Source of the DNA: Paraspadella gotoi | Lineage: Eukaryota > Animalia > Chaetognatha | Reading direction: 5' to 3' | Length of the DNA stretch: 64,000 nucleotides | Assembly (NCBI GenBank): GCA_051294375.1 | Contig: CM119263.1 | Location: 27,316,264 to 27,380,263, forward strand | Position numbers and translations under genes: made by a program | Shown: positions 38,001-52,302 of the stretch, in pieces | How the letters are laid out: each line of letters starts with the position of its first letter | Numbering within the stretch: the stretch's first letter is position 1 | Notes under the pieces: generated by a model | What the model was told of the DNA's origin: nothing | The model's database searches: none | The model's input: only the letters and a program-made list of their open reading frames with translations

Positions 38001-41000
38001 TTAATTCCGATTATAAAATAAATTATGGCTCTTTGGGAAAATAAAGCCCTCATTTTTGCTCGTTTTAAAGAAAGAGAGGATATGTATTTTCCCGGCAGCG
38101 CATTTTTGCATTTGCAACGCGGGAGTGCGAAATGTGCACTGTCTCATCACATCATGCCCGCATTCAGCTACGCACAGCACAGAACTCTGGGTGCCCTCTC
38201 CTGTTCTCTTCGGGGGATATTTTTTTTCTTGTTCGTTCCGGTCTTCGCTCGTCGGTTACAAGTGACGAACGAAATCACAAGGATTAATGGTCGAAACAAG
38301 TAGCAGAGTAATTAGACTGACTGATGAAAAGTAAGTGTATCTAGTATATGAGGGGCTGCATTTCGGGCGTATAGATTACGTGTGTTAATGGTTGAATATT
38401 TATTTTTTTTTTGGACGAGAGTAGAGAGAGAGAGTTAGAGAGATAGAGAGAGAAAGAGAGAGATGAGAGAGAGGAGAAGAGAGAGAGAGAAAGAGAGAGG
38501 AGTAGAGAGGACTGGATTATATTTCTAATTTGATGAAAGAGTCCTTCTCGCTTCGGGTTAAGACCTTTGGATGTTTACTCATGGTCGAGGTTTTTGGCTT
38601 TTCTTGTTCCAAAGAGCACCGCATTTCAGTACAACCTTAGATGGCTATAGTTTACCGGAAAGCCGCTAAACGCGCCAATATCTTTAAATTATCCCTTGAT
38701 GGCCTGATAACCTTAATTTGCTAACACCTGGATATCGCTCATCGTTAAAGCGCGCTAAACCTAATCTGTTAATGACTGCTAATTCTAAGATGCTCCGTAA
38801 CGTCTTATTCTAAGAAGCCGCTCAATCACTAAAAATGCCTGTTAACCTGATTCCCTAACCGGCTCGCAAACTTTATAGTGCTAAATCTTTAAGATTAGAA
38901 AAAGGAGCTGTAATGGTGGCGGATAGTAAAATAAATTTGAGGGTAGTCTCTTTGGGAAAGGGATAAAGCCACGGTGGCTGCAAATTTTGATGGCTCGTTT
39001 TTTCGATTTTCCAATTTGTTGTCTTACCTCTTAAAAGATAAACCTTTTTTGTCTTGGATGTCTGGGCATTATTGAAAAATTTCAAAGAGTAGTGGCGTAC
39101 GATAAAGTGGAAGCGAAGTAAGGTGCTTGAGACAGTGGGGGAGAAAGAAGTATGGAATAAAAAAGAAGAGAAAGGCAAGAGAAGAAAGAAAAGAAAGAAG
39201 AGAAATGGAAAGAAAGAAAGAAAGAAAGAAAAAAAGAAAGAAAAGAAAAGAAAGAGAAGGAAATAGGAGGTGAAAGAAGAGTATAAAGAAAGGAAGAGTG
39301 AATAAGAGGAAAGAATATGAAAGAAAGAAAGTGAGAGTAAGGCAAGGAAGAGAGAAGAAAGGTAAAGATAAGAAGAGTGATTAAGGTTTGAAGAGATAGA
39401 GATATGCACGAAAGGAAGGCAAGAGAGCCGTATAGGAACGGGTGCTAATTGGGCCGTGAGTTCCGGAACGAGCGCTTAAAGATTTAAAGAGGGTTCCGCA
39501 GGGCAATGTTGTAGATTTGTGTATGAAGTTCGAATCGAGATGAAATTATATCGAAAGTAAAAGTTTTTGAAAGGATAAATTTCGAGAATAAGTGGAGTAC
39601 AGGAAGAGTGTAAGCCAGTTTGTGTTTGAGGTCGTCTTGGCTGTCGGACAGGTTTGNNNNNNNNNNNNNNNNNNNNNNNNNCGCAGTTTGTTTCTATTTT
39701 TTTAATGTTATTAAATTTTGAAAATTTTAAATTGTTTAAAGATTCCGATTCTGAATAACTTTCACCAAAACACTCGGTCGTCCTATCATCCCTCTAAGAC
39801 TCAGGGTCGTTCTCACACTTACCGGCGATGACACAAAAAATTTAAGCCGAAAACATTTGACTAAATTTATTATGTTTTCGCAAACAAATACTGCGAATGT
39901 CTAATTTATCCGATTCGCCTCCTCCCTCTTTTCTCATTTTTGTCCCTCGAGTCTCGTTTAAAACGAAAAAAATGTGACAAAGAATTTTTTTTTTTCCTTC
40001 GCCGAAAAAANNNNNNNNNNNNNNNNNNNNNNNNNNNNNNNNNNNNNNNNNNNNNNNNNNNNNNNNNNNNNNNNNNNNNNNNNNNNNNNNNNNNNNNNNN
40101 NNNNNNNNNNNNNNNNNNNNNNNNNNNNNNNNNNNNNNNNNNNNNNNNNNNNNNNNNNNNNNNNNNNNNNNNNNNNNNNNNNNNNNNNNNNNNNNNNNNN
40201 NNNNNNNNNNNNNNNNNNNNNNNNNNNNNNNNNNNNNNNNNNNNNNNNNNNNNNNNNNNNNNNNNNNNTTGGTCAGGGTAAATTGAGATTGCAAGGAGTC
40301 GACGAAAATGCCGCTCGTCTGATTAAAATCCCATTGAATCCGCTGAGACGCGACTAAGATATCGCGACCATAGGGTACAGGGTACAGCACTACAGGGTCC
40401 CTGGGAGAAGCGACTTTTTCGCGCGAGATCGATTTTGGCGGGAAATAGATTTACGACGACGTGGCCGGGGTTTCGCCTCGATCCGAGCGGTCGTCGTCCC
40501 CGAAACAAAAGAGCGGAAAAATAAATTAAAAAAAAAAAAGTAAAGCGAAAGGAAAAAGTTTTACGAGCGGAAAATCTGAGGCGACGACGTGAATCGTGAT
40601 TCGTGACGATATTCACGCCCATCGATAAAGTATTTGTTTCGTTAAAACCGTTTTTAACGAAAGTCAATGTCGGCGTGGAAAGTGGATTAACAGAATGAGG
40701 GTTGCGATAAGGATAACAATTCGTCGAGTTACTTTTTCTTTTCGTTTTCGTCATTTTTTTTTAAACAGTATTTACATAATTTCGTCAAAAATTTATTCTT
40801 GTTCCTATAAAATCTCCCGAAATAATGTTACTCTTTAAACTTACCCATTACTTCCCCTCAATTTTCTCTTTCAATGTAGGCGCATATCTAGACCCACCCT
40901 CTCTCTCTAATCACATCAGTCTCCTATCCCATCCCCTTCTATTTCTAACCCTCCCATCTCTGACCCTGCCATCTCTAACCCTCACATTTCTAACCCTTCC
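35060..41000 (+). repeat. Direct duplication/triplication: ~35060-37643 vs ~38010-41000, with ~37669-38000 as a third copy of one sub-block
   Basis: Shared blocks: cgcattttt..cattt..cgcggagt (35123 / 38099); atcgaaagtaaagtttttgaaaggataaatt (36163 / 39550); gagtctcgtttaaaacgaaaaaa (36560 / 39949). 25-N gaps at 37644-37668 and 39657-39681. Confidence 0.85.
37780..37985. repeat. Degenerate (CCCTAA)-like 6-bp repeat tract
   Basis: aaccctaaacccaatctttaaccctgat...aaccctaaaccctaat...; noisier copies at ~35580-35790 and ~38630-38880. Confidence 0.6.
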
Positions 41001-41103
41001 ATCCCTTTCCCTCCCATCTCTAACCCTCCCATCCCTTCCCATCCCATCGTTAACCCTCCCATTCCTTCCCCTCCCATCTCTAACCCTCCCATCTCTAACC
41101 CTC
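40944..41103. repeat. 15-bp minisatellite (TCTAACCCTCCCATC)n, ~10 degenerate copies
   Basis: Directly visible; produces the LTLPS / VRDGR spurious ORFs. Confidence 0.85.
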
Positions 41104-42090
41104 AAATGCCAGCAACAAGAATAACATCCCCATCTTACATCCACCATCAATCTCTCCATCACTCTCCTTTGCTCCCGCCCATTGAGCCTAACGAATCGTT
41201 TTTATGTAAATTAGATTTTAACCTCTTCTCCCGATCGACGAATCGCGTTGGTCTTGATAAACAGCATCGCTAGGGTGTTCCCAAGTTTTAGTATTATTTG
41301 TCAGGTTAGATATTAGTATCGTTTTAAAGATTAGTTGACAAATTATTAAATGAATGAATGATTTTAATTTATGTGTCTTGTACCACTATCCAGTGAAGGC
41401 CATAATTTTAATCGATATTTTCGTTTTACAAAACGTGCTACTCAAATGTTTACTTTGGCTCTTTTTCGGCTTCACTACCTACAAAAAAAAATACAGGAAC
41501 GTTATAAATGGACAAGCTTTAAAAAAAAATTATATTTTGTGGTCTTTTCAAATCCACTTCGTTAAAAAAGAAGATCATATTTCTATTTTAAAACACAACA
41601 TTCATCTATGACAATCTTAATGAGAATTTTTATTCTTCGATCAAAAATAAAAATAAAAATTTGAAACAGCTGCTTTGCATCGGCGAACCTCTAGAGAATT
41701 CCAAATATTCCAGATTCAGTGTGTTTGTAATCAGCGATAAAAAACAAAAAAGACATTTAATCAGTAAACACATTTAATCGCATTCCAGCTTTTCCTTTTT
41801 TTTTTCCTTTCGCTCCCTAGAAACTGACACTCGCTCTCTATCTCACTCTTGATCTCTGTCTCCCTCTCTCACCTCACCCTCTCTTCCCACGGCCGCGAAA
41901 AGTTATACATATCGCTCGTTTACTTTTTTTCTACCAGAGACAAAGAAAACAAGAAAAAGATGAAAAAAGGCGGGAACTAAACCGTCACGTGACATTTAAA
42001 TGAATTTTAAAGAGAAACGAGAAAAGTAAGATGGAAGATAAAAAAAACAAACGAGACCCGAGAGACGAGCAGAGAGATAGGATTGAGAGA

Positions 42091-42132
<42 letters not shown>

Positions 42133-42179
42133 AGAGAGAGAGAGTAGAAGAGAGGAGAGAGAGAGAGAAGAGAGAGGAG

Positions 42180-42988
42180 AGAGAGAAGATGAGAGAGATA
42201 TCAAACGAGTTTGTTCTTTTTTTATGTGCGAAACTGAAGCCCGCATTTTTTTTTCAAGAGATTAAATAGCGGTCGTCGTCGTCGTTCGTCAGTCGCGTCG
42301 TTGTCGTCGTCGTCGACTGTGTGAAATCGGAAACTATAAACATAAATAAGACATAAAATGAAGATAAATTTAGCGAAACATAGTTAAAATTTTTGTATGA
42401 TATAAGATTATTCATATTTGTATACTTTTATGTCTCTCTTATCTTTACAACTTCCCCATGGGTCTATACTGTAGATACATCGTTTTCAAGGCCCGTCTCT
42501 CTCTCTCTCTCGACTTCCTCCCCCTCTCTTCTACTCTCTCCTCTCTCTTCTCTCTCCTCTCCGATCTCATTAAATCTCTTTCCGTCGAATCGTGTTGTCG
42601 CCCCATGGAAAAAAAAAATCCTTCGTCTGGTTAAAAACCAAAATCTCTTCTTCCTCGTTTCTTTCTACATCAATAACAACAGCCTGTTACAACATCAATG
42701 ATTTTTCTCTTAATTGACTCATCTACACTCACAATTATCCCCTCTCTGACTTTTCCAGATTATTCAAGGACAATCACAATCCGCGTATCCTCGCATCATT
42801 AATCACTCACCCCTCAATTGTATATCACCTACCCTGATCACAAGCAATTAATAGATTCATCACTTTCTCAATCCATTTTCACTGGATATCGCTACATTTT
42901 ATCCATTTTGTTTTTTCAAACCCCTTCCCTGAAGAATTTCACCCGATTTCCTAACCTCACGCTTTTCACGAGAACACTCACCTCCCTC

Positions 42989-43036
<48 letters not shown>

Positions 43037-43100
43037 GATTTGCCCACAAAGACAAAGGATCGTATCGTTTCATCGGCTTTCGCTGTTTCTTGTGACGTGC

Positions 43101-43134
<34 letters not shown>

Positions 43135-43425
43135 TAAAGAGAGAGAAGAGAGAGAGAGAGAAGAGAGAGAGAGATGGAGCGACTGACCTAATCGAGTTAC
43201 GACCAGTCTCGACTCGCCCGGCGATGACGAACTTGATATCTCTCTCTCTCTCTGCCCCCTCTCCACCGCCCTCCCTCCGTCTCCCTCTCGCTACTTCTTC
43301 GCTCCTCTCTATCATTTCGACTCGCTCTTCCGTCCTTTCTGTCCGTGCCGATTGCAGTGGGGATCGAAGTCCTGGAGCGTGGACGACAACTAAACGAGCG
43401 ATAAATCTAGTTTTCTCTCTGTCTC

Positions 43426-43491
<66 letters not shown>

Positions 43492-44163
43492 CTCCGATTT
43501 TTACAGAAGATATTAGTTTTAAAAAAAATACCTTTATTTTTCTACATTTTCTACATTTTCGCGTTTTCACCTCAACTCGGTTCGGTTTTGCGGTCTCTCC
43601 TTCGTTAAACGCCGTCAAAACAAAATCCCGATTTACCGCGTGATAAATACGTTTTTTCGACGGAGGGACATAGCCGAATTTTCGACCTTCATTTCTTCCT
43701 GGATTTTTTGCTTTTTTTTTTTTGAAGGTATAACTGACAGGGTTTAGAAACCTGCGGACGGATTTTTTTTGTTTTCAAAATGAAGAACAATTTTTTCTAT
43801 TATTCTACGTCTTATTTAATTTAATTAAATTAATTTAATTAATTAATACTCAGTTTAAAACTCAATATTCCATTAAATTGCATTTTGGGTGTTCTCATTG
43901 TTAAACCGAGCCTCTTTCTCATTCGATAATTGTATACGACACATTAGTTCTCTTATATAAAAATCTTTATATGTTTTTATGTTCACACGGTTCTTGCTAT
44001 CCGTAATTCGTGTGAGATAAAAAATTATTGAAAATAAAATTCCTCCTTTCNNNNNNNNNNNNNNNNNNNNNNNNNAGAGAGAGAGAGAGAGATATGCAAA
44101 CGAGTTTGTTCTTTTTTTATGTGCGAAACTGAAGCCGCATTTTGTTTTCAAGAGATAATTAGG

Positions 44164-44194
<31 letters not shown>

Positions 44195-44408
44195 GTCGTC
44201 GACTTGTGAAATCGAAACTAAAACATAAAATAAGACATAAAATGAAGAGTAAATTTAGCGAAACATATAAAATTTTTGTATGATATAAGATATTCATATT
44301 TGTTATACTTTTATGTCTGCTCTTATCTTACAACTTCCCCATGGTCTATACTGTTAGATACATCGTTTCAAGCGCTCTCTCTCTCTCTCTCCTCTCCATC
44401 CTTTCTCA

Positions 44409-44439
<31 letters not shown>

Positions 44440-44787
44440 CGGATCTCATTAAATCTCTTTCCGTCGAATCGTGTTTCGCCCCATGGAAAAAAAATCCTTC
44501 GTCGTTAAAAACCAAAATCTCTTCTTCCTCTTTTTCTACATCAATAACAACAGCCTGTTACAACATCAATGATTTTTCTCTTAAATTGACTCATCTACAT
44601 CACAATTATCCCCTCTCTGACTTTCCAGATATTCAAGGACAATCACAATCCGCTATCCTCCATCATTTAATCACTCACCCCTCAATTATATCACCTACCC
44701 TGATCACCAAGCCAAAATATTCATCACTTCTCAATCCTATTTTCACTGGATATCGCTTTACATCAAACCTCCCTGAAATTTCACCCG
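42180..44787 (+). repeat. Direct duplication: ~42180-42950 vs 44076-44787
   Basis: aaacgagtttgttctttttttatgtgcgaaactgaagc at ~42203 and ~44098, collinear for ~700 bp. The second copy starts at a 25-N gap (44051-44075). Confidence 0.9.
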
Positions 44788-46759
44788 NNNNNNNNNNAAA
44801 ATTAAAAATGTTTTCTCAAAAGAATAAAAGAAGAAACGAAAAGGAGACGTCTTGATTGGTTTTAATTAAAAGAGGAAGTGGAAGAGGAAAGAGGAAGTAG
44901 AAGAGGAAAGAAGTGGATGGGAAAGAGGAAGAGAAAGGGGTAAAGAAAATAGAGGAAGGGGAACAGTACAAAGGGAAGAGATTAAAAAAGAGGGGGGGTG
45001 AAAGAGAGAATAAAGGGANNNNNNNNNNNNNNNNNNNNNNNNNNNNNNNNNNNNNNNNNNNNNNNNNNNNNNNNNNNNNNNNNNNNNNNNNNNNNNNNNN
45101 NNNNNNNNNNNNNNNNNNTTTAAGGACGGACGTCAAAAAACCCCGGAATCGTCCGAGGGAAATCTTCGAAAACCTCGGTCAACAAAAAACGAGAGCCTGG
45201 GTTACGTCTACGTCCGAATATTATCTGTGATACGAAAGTAAAAAATTTTCACTCAAGGATCAAAGAAACAGCGAAAAAACGTTGAACGAAAAAAAACAAC
45301 AAAAACAACAGCGACGCCAAAACAATTTTGGGCCTCAACCGATTTTTAAAAATAAATTAATTCATCGAAATAAAAATGTTTTCGTCATATTTATGGATTA
45401 ATTGTCTCGTTTTTCTTCTGCTGTGGAATTTCGTCGCAGGTAATTCAATTTCGCTCTCATTTCTGAGGACGATCGATGCCGTGGATCGATATGCCTAAAA
45501 TGTCATCGAAAATGCCTTCGATCCCGATTGCGAGCCGACGAGGTTGTCATTGAAATACTATCAATGTCATCGGAATGTCGTCCCATGCCGTTCCAAATGC
45601 GGAGAATGTGATTAAAATGCCGTCGATGTCTGCGTCATGCTGCGGATGTTCTTTGAATACATAAAATCTCCTTCTTATGCCGTTAACTCCGTGAGAAATT
45701 CGAGTCTTTAAAACCGAAACGGAAACAATTGTATTTTCTATTACGGAGTAATTGTTAAACGAGAGGGCGAACGATTTCTTTTCTTTTCTTTGATTGAGAC
45801 GGGCAACGACCTTTTTGTGTGTGACATTGAAAGTGAAAAAAAAAGTTAATTTGAAATATAAAACAAACAATAACTGTCAAGTTTGAGAGGAAATGAGTAA
45901 AATGAGAAAACGAGGTCTTGTGGATTTTTCGANNNNNNNNNNTCTTTCTTTTTTCTCTTTTATTATTTCTCCTCTCGACTCTTTTCATCTTCTCTCTTTT
46001 CTCTTTTGGCCTGATTGAGGAATTTGGCAGAAAAGAAAATAAACTACTAAAAAAGTCCTTCTTTCTGTCTTTCTTTCTTTCTTTCTTTCTTTCTTNNNNN
46101 NNNNNNNNNNNNNNNNNNNNNNNNNNNNNNNNNNNNNNNNNNNNNNNNNNNNNNNNNNNNNNNNNNNNNNNNNNNNNNNNNNNNNNNNNNNNNNNNNNNN
46201 NNNNNNNNNNNNNNNNNNNNNNCTCTCTCTCTCTCTCTCTCTCTCCCTTTTTTTTCATTTCCCTCGATATTATTACGCGGTTCGGACGAGTCATCCCTTC
46301 CAGCGATTCTTTCTTTATTAAGTTTTATCTTTTCTTTCTTTTTTTTTAAAAAAAACTTTGGAATAAAGAGACGACGAAGATAAGAAGCTTTTTATTAAAA
46401 AAGTGAAGAAAAGCCGTAAATTTTCCCTCGAAAAAGAAATAATTATTAAAAAGTTTTCGTTTTGTCACCGTCACTCAACGAAACTTGTGTCTAACACAAA
46501 TCGGAGACCGAGAAAAAAAAACCTTAAAAACCCGAGGAAGTTTTTTTTTTGGTCGNNNNNNNNNNNNNNNNNNNNNNNNNNNNNNNNNNNNNNNNNNNNN
46601 NNNNNNNNNNNNNNNNNNNNNNNNNNNNNNNNNNNNNNNNNNNNNNNNNNNNNNNNNNNNNNNNNNNNNNNNNNNNNNNNNNNNNNNNNNNNNNNNNNNN
46701 NNNNNNNNNNNNNNNNNNNNNNNNNNNNNNNNNNNNNNNNNNNNNNNNNNNNNNNNNNN

Positions 46760-46796
<37 letters not shown>

Positions 46797-48129
46797 TTGG
46801 GTGACGGGAAGGGTCGGGGAAAAAAAAAGAATTCCAAGCTTTTGTTGTCGTTTCGAGATTGCAAAGATAATGATCTCGTTCGGCGTCGACGACAACGACG
46901 TCAGTAATCCTGTCAGCGACGCGTCGATGACATCAAAGTTGACTGCGTCACTGTCAGTTTGAGGATAACGACTTAAAGACAAAAAAAGAAGAAGATTTTT
47001 TGTGTTTCAGTTTGGGCGTGGCGGTCGTCGTCGTCGTCGTCTTCGTTGCAGATTCGCTCGTTGAACAAGAAAAAAANNNNNNNNNNNNNNNNNNNNNNNN
47101 NNNNNNNNNNNNNNNNNNNNNNNNNNNNNNNNNNNNNNNNNNNNNNNNNNNNNNNNNNNNNNNNNNNNNNNNNNNNNNNNNNNNNNNNNNNNNNNNNNNN
47201 NNNNNNNNNNNNNNNNNNNNNNNNNNNNNNNNNNNNNNNNNNNNNNNNNNNNNNNNNNNNNNNNNNNNNNNNNNNNNNNNNNNNNNNNNNNNNNNNNNNN
47301 NNNNNNNNNNNNNNNNNNNNNNNNNNNNNNNNNNGGGGGGGGCGTTGTGAGAGGCGTCGTGTTTGGCAACAGAAGGTTGTTGGGATTGAGAGAGGAGGGA
47401 ATGAGGAGGAGGTGAAAGAGGAGGAGGAGAATGAGGAAGAGGAGGAGGTGACCTAAGAAACAAAACAAACTTCATCCTCGGAAGTTTGTAAACAATCGAC
47501 GCGATTGCGACTCAGTCGATTCGCCGTCGACATATGTCGCCAGAAATTGCTTGATGCGTCTTGCGGGCGGAAAATTGGAGAAACGAGATGGGAAATTGGA
47601 TAATTGATTGAGGCATTATTAAATGCTATGTTTATTGACAATATAGATAAGTAATGTAAACAATAAACTGGAAAAAACGGTATTACGAATTAGAACTATT
47701 AGTTTAATCGATTCTTTAATAAAAATGCTTCCGTTACTGATATCCTGACGCTCGCCCGTACAACCATTTAAAAATAATAAATTTGGGTTCATCTTTGCAA
47801 TTTTCTCCATCAAAAATAAAATAAAAAAAACTTTCATTATTTGTTTTTTCTTTCGCCGATTAANNNNNNNNNNNNNNNNNNNNNNNNNNNNNNNNNNNNN
47901 NNNNNNNNNNNNNNNNNNNNNNNNNNNNNNNNNNNNNNNNNNNNNNNNNNNNNNNNNNNNNNNNNNTTTTTTTTTCCATTCAACAATTTCGAGTCTCTCT
48001 CTTTTTTTCTATTTTCCAGACTTGAAAAGAATTTCAAATTTAATCAAAAAGTATATGAGTTCCGCCGCCGCCGCCGCCGCGGTCTTCGCCGCCCCCCGAC
48101 GCAGCGCCGACAAAACTTGGTTGTAAGAC

Positions 48130-48390
48130 AGATTCTATTGGCTCCTTTTCTTTCTTTCTCTCCCTCACCTCCCCCCATTTCTCTCACTCTCTCTCTCTCT
48201 CTCTCACTCTCTCTCTCTCTCCTCCCTCTAATCGATATTCTTAGAGTTACTCTCGCCAAACAAGCGCCGCTTGTTAACTCGGGTCAGACGTTGGCGCCGA
48301 ACAATCAGTGAGTCAATCAATCGAACCCAAGCCCATTGTAGATCCTTCAGGCGAGGACGACCAATCACGGCCGCTTACCAATCATAGCCG
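48130..48390. promoter_or_regulatory. CCAAT-box cluster
   Basis: CTATTGGCT ~48135; GACCAATCAC ~48359; TACCAATCAT ~48376; also TGAGTCA (AP-1) at ~48309. Confidence 0.3.
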
Positions 48391-51300
48391 CTCACAGAGC
48401 AAGCAGATGGTCAATAATTTTAAATTGAGAAAGATCGACTCAACGACTTTTTTTTTATAACAACAGATGCGATGACGACTTCAACTTTTTTTAAATATTT
48501 TTTTTTAAAAAAAATCTTTCAAATCTTTAAAATTCTTCTGCTGTCGTGTTTTAGAGCTTCGACCGAACATCAGAAAAACAAAAAAACCGAACTCAATTTT
48601 TCTGAAACCGATTTTTTTTCTCTCTCCCGACCGCATATCGCTGTAGCCCGATCGTCAATTAAGTTTCAGCATCCAGAAGCGCTCTCTCNNNNNNNNNNNN
48701 NNNNNNNNNNNNNNNNNNNNNNNNNNNNNNNNNNNNNNNNNNNNNNNNNNNNNNNNNNNNNNNNNNNNNNNNNNNNNNNNNNNNNNNNNNNNNNNNNNNN
48801 NNNNNNNNNNNNNNNNNNNNNNNNNNNNNNNNNNNNNNNNNNNNNNNNNNNNNNNNNNNNNNNNNNNNNNNNNNNNNNNNNNNNNNNNNNNNNNNNNNNN
48901 NNNNNNNNNNNNNNNNNNNNGACAAGCTCGATAGCATTTTGAGAGAAAAGAAAAAACTCGATAATCACACGATCTAACGCTTGTTTACAAAAATTTATTG
49001 TTTATTTACTGAATTTTTTCGTTTGTTTACGAATTTCGCGCGAGGAAGACGAGGCTTCGTCGATTTGGTGGAAGTCGCTCTGTTGGGAAAGAGAGAGAAA
49101 TAGACGAGTTGTCTGTCTGACGCGCGATTGTCTTTTCACGAAACTGCTTATTGCTAAATCGACGTCAAACAATTCAAAAAATTGTTCAAAATTAATGTTT
49201 ACGTTACAGACGACCTATTTTGTTACGGTTTACTCAGTAAAATAAAAACGAACGTGCACAGTCGTATTATGCAAATACACTTCAGTCGGACTTATTTCAA
49301 TGCTAAAGCCCATCCTCTTACCATTTTTCAGTCCATGCCAATACCTGAGCCCATGATCGTTCTCGTGTCCTTCAAAAAAGACCGTCATCGCAAAAAAAGA
49401 CATTTTGTTATATATTGTGTATTGTGTATTGTGTATTGTGTATTCAATTTTTGTATTCTCTTTCAGAATTTTTCTTCTCTTACTTCGATTTGTTCTTTTA
49501 TTTTATCTTTATTTACATTTTTTCTTTTTCTTATTTTATTCTTTCTTCTCTTCACTTCTCTTCTCTTCTTCGGTTCTTCTCTTCTTCTACTTCTCTTCTT
49601 CTCTTCTATTTTCGTTTTCTCTTTCACTCAAAACGAAGGACGACAAAAGGACAAAGAAATAATCTGCTAATGAATTTGATAACGCNNNNNNNNNNGTCAA
49701 AATCTTTCCATTTTTATCTTCGAAACGTCGTCGACTTGAGGAGGCGAAAGAGCTCTCTCTCTCTCTTCGTCTCCATCTCTCTCTTTCTCCCTTTTCTCAA
49801 CACGCACGCTCTTTCTCTCAAACCCTTCTCCCTCAAACCCCTTTCAAAAACCCCTCTCCCTCTCTATCCCCGCTCCTTCGTCTCCTTCTCTGTCTGAGCA
49901 AACTCGGTTAAAAAGTCGAATTTATCGAATTTTTGTGTGGAATTCGCGTGTCGCTTCGACGCGTTGGATGGACCCGCGATTGGCGAGGGAGTTTGGGGTC
50001 GGGAAGGGGGGGGTGAGAGAGTTGGGGTATTGAAGAGGGTAGGAGATCCTCTGAGTTGATTTCCGGTGGCGATGGAGAAGCGAGTATGATCAAGATGGCC
50101 CAAGTTAATTGCGGAGAGAGAGTGGGACAGAGACGGGAGGTGGTGGCTGCTATGGTGGTCCTAATTTGATTATTTAGCCAATTTATTTATTAACTTAGTT
50201 TTTGCAATGTACAATAACAAAATGTAATAGATAAATGAGACATAATTCAAGACAATGACAAGTTAAACGATTACGTTGAGAAAATCGACTTTGAGGAAAA
50301 CGAAACAACGACAACCACGAGAAATACGACAACAAAGAGGTTATAAACATGTTGCAAAGCACGTTGATGACAAAGACGATAACGATGAAAAATACAACGA
50401 CTATTATGATGACAAAGGCGACGAAAATGACGACATTGAGGACGATGACAATCACGCTGAGAGTGACGATGATGACCTCAAAGACTTCCTTCTTTTTTCC
50501 TTTTTTCTTTCTTTTTTTNNNNNNNNNNNNNNNNNNNNNNNNNNNNNNNNNNNNNNNNNNNNNNNNNNNNNNNNNNNNNNNNNNNNNNNNNNNNNNNNNN
50601 NNNNNNNNNNNNNNNNNNNNNNNNNNNNNNNNNNNNNNNNNNNNNNNNNNNNNNNNNNNNNNNNNNNNNNNNNNNNNNNNNNNNNNNNNNNNNNNNNNNN
50701 NNNNNNNNNNNNNNNNNNNNNNNNNNNNNNNNNNNNNNNNNNNNNNNNNNNNNNNNNNNNNNNNNNNNNNNNNNNNNNNNNNNNNNNNNNNNNNNNNNNN
50801 NNNNNNNNNNNNNNNNNNNNNNCCCTCAAGTGTGAAGCAATAAAAAAAAAAGAGAAATTTCGATTTTCGATTATTTATTCTGATTTGACTTTAAACTTCG
50901 CTTCTCTGACGAGATTCGCCTCTTGATTTGAGACTCAGCTCGTTACGGATTCCACGACGACGACGACGACGACGACGACGAAAACAGAGAGACAACATTG
51001 ATTACACATTTGAAGATTAGCTCAGAAATAAAAATTAATAAGACGAAAAATACAAGGTACTTAGTTTTATAAAGGATTTCTGTTGTTTAATATTAGTATT
51101 TCGTGCCAACAGTTAAATCTCCTGATGTCAATGACCACAACAAAGGGGAAACGGACAAACGAACAATCTAGATAATTTATGAACGCCTTTCGTTTTTTAA
51201 ATGTGTTGTACGTACTAGTTTCTTTTCTTGCTATTATATCGTAATTAATTCATTTTCGTGTTTCTTCTCTAAGGCTTAATATTTTTTTCATTCTCTCTCT

Positions 51301-52202
51301 CTCTCTCTTTCTCTCTCTCCTCTTCTTTCTATACTTGGGAGGAAAAAGCTTTTAGAGTNNNNNNNNNNNNNNNNNNNNNNNNNNNNNNNNNNNNNNNNNN
51401 NNNNNNNNNNNNNNNNNNNNNNNNNNNNNNNNNNNNNNNNNNNNNNNNNNNNNNNNNNNNNNNNNNNNNNNNNNNNNNNNNNNNNNNNNNNNNNNNNNNN
51501 NNNNNNNNNNNNNNNNCCTTATTCTCCCGTTCCCTTCTTCCAAAACAGTTGTGTTTTTAGTCCGCGCGTTCGCCTTTTATCTCGATAATCCCGGGCGATG
51601 GAAAAGGCTGGCGTTTTCGGGGGTTGGGTCCCCGAAGAAAAGTGGGTAGCAAGGTGGGTGAGTCTGTCAACTTGAGAAAAAAAGGGGGTAAGTGGAGGTT
51701 TAAAGACGGCCCGTTACCGGTTAGTGTGGGCCAACGGGTGGGCGTGTCAGTACCGCGAAAATATGATGGAATCGAGGGAATTCCTCCCAAAACGGAAATT
51801 TTTTTTTTTTCAGAAAAAGAGAAACTATTTTTATGGTGGAGGATTTAGAAGAAGAAAGGAGGAGAGAAAGGAAAAAAAAAGGAAGAAAGGGAAAAACGAC
51901 AACGAAAAAAATAAAGGAAAAAAATGAGAGTTAATTACTTTCAAAACGAAGTTCTCAAAACGAGTTTTTTAATTGCTTTTTTACAGATGAGTTGATAACA
52001 AATATTCTTTAAGGTTTAAAATTCTGGTTCACCGTTCAAGTTAATAAATTTCAAGTTCAACATTCATGTCACTAAATTAAAATGAGCGATTTCCAGTGCG
52101 TAAGGCTCTTAAGTGGCACCCAAGAGGCGGCAGCGCCCAAGTGTCTTTGACAGCCCAGAAGCCGTGGCATCCCGGAGGCCTTTGGTATTATGGAGGCTCG
52201 TG

Positions 52203-52302
<100 letters not shown>

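Noticed and set aside
25600-44787. Genuine multi-kb tandem segmental duplications
   Set aside because: Copies abut exact 25-N gaps and differ by dense single-base indels typical of uncorrected long reads.
50276-50490. Asp-rich ORF (DDKDDNDEKYNDYYDD...)
   Set aside because: Degenerate (GAC/GAT)n microsatellite running into T-rich sequence and a gap; no splice or start context.
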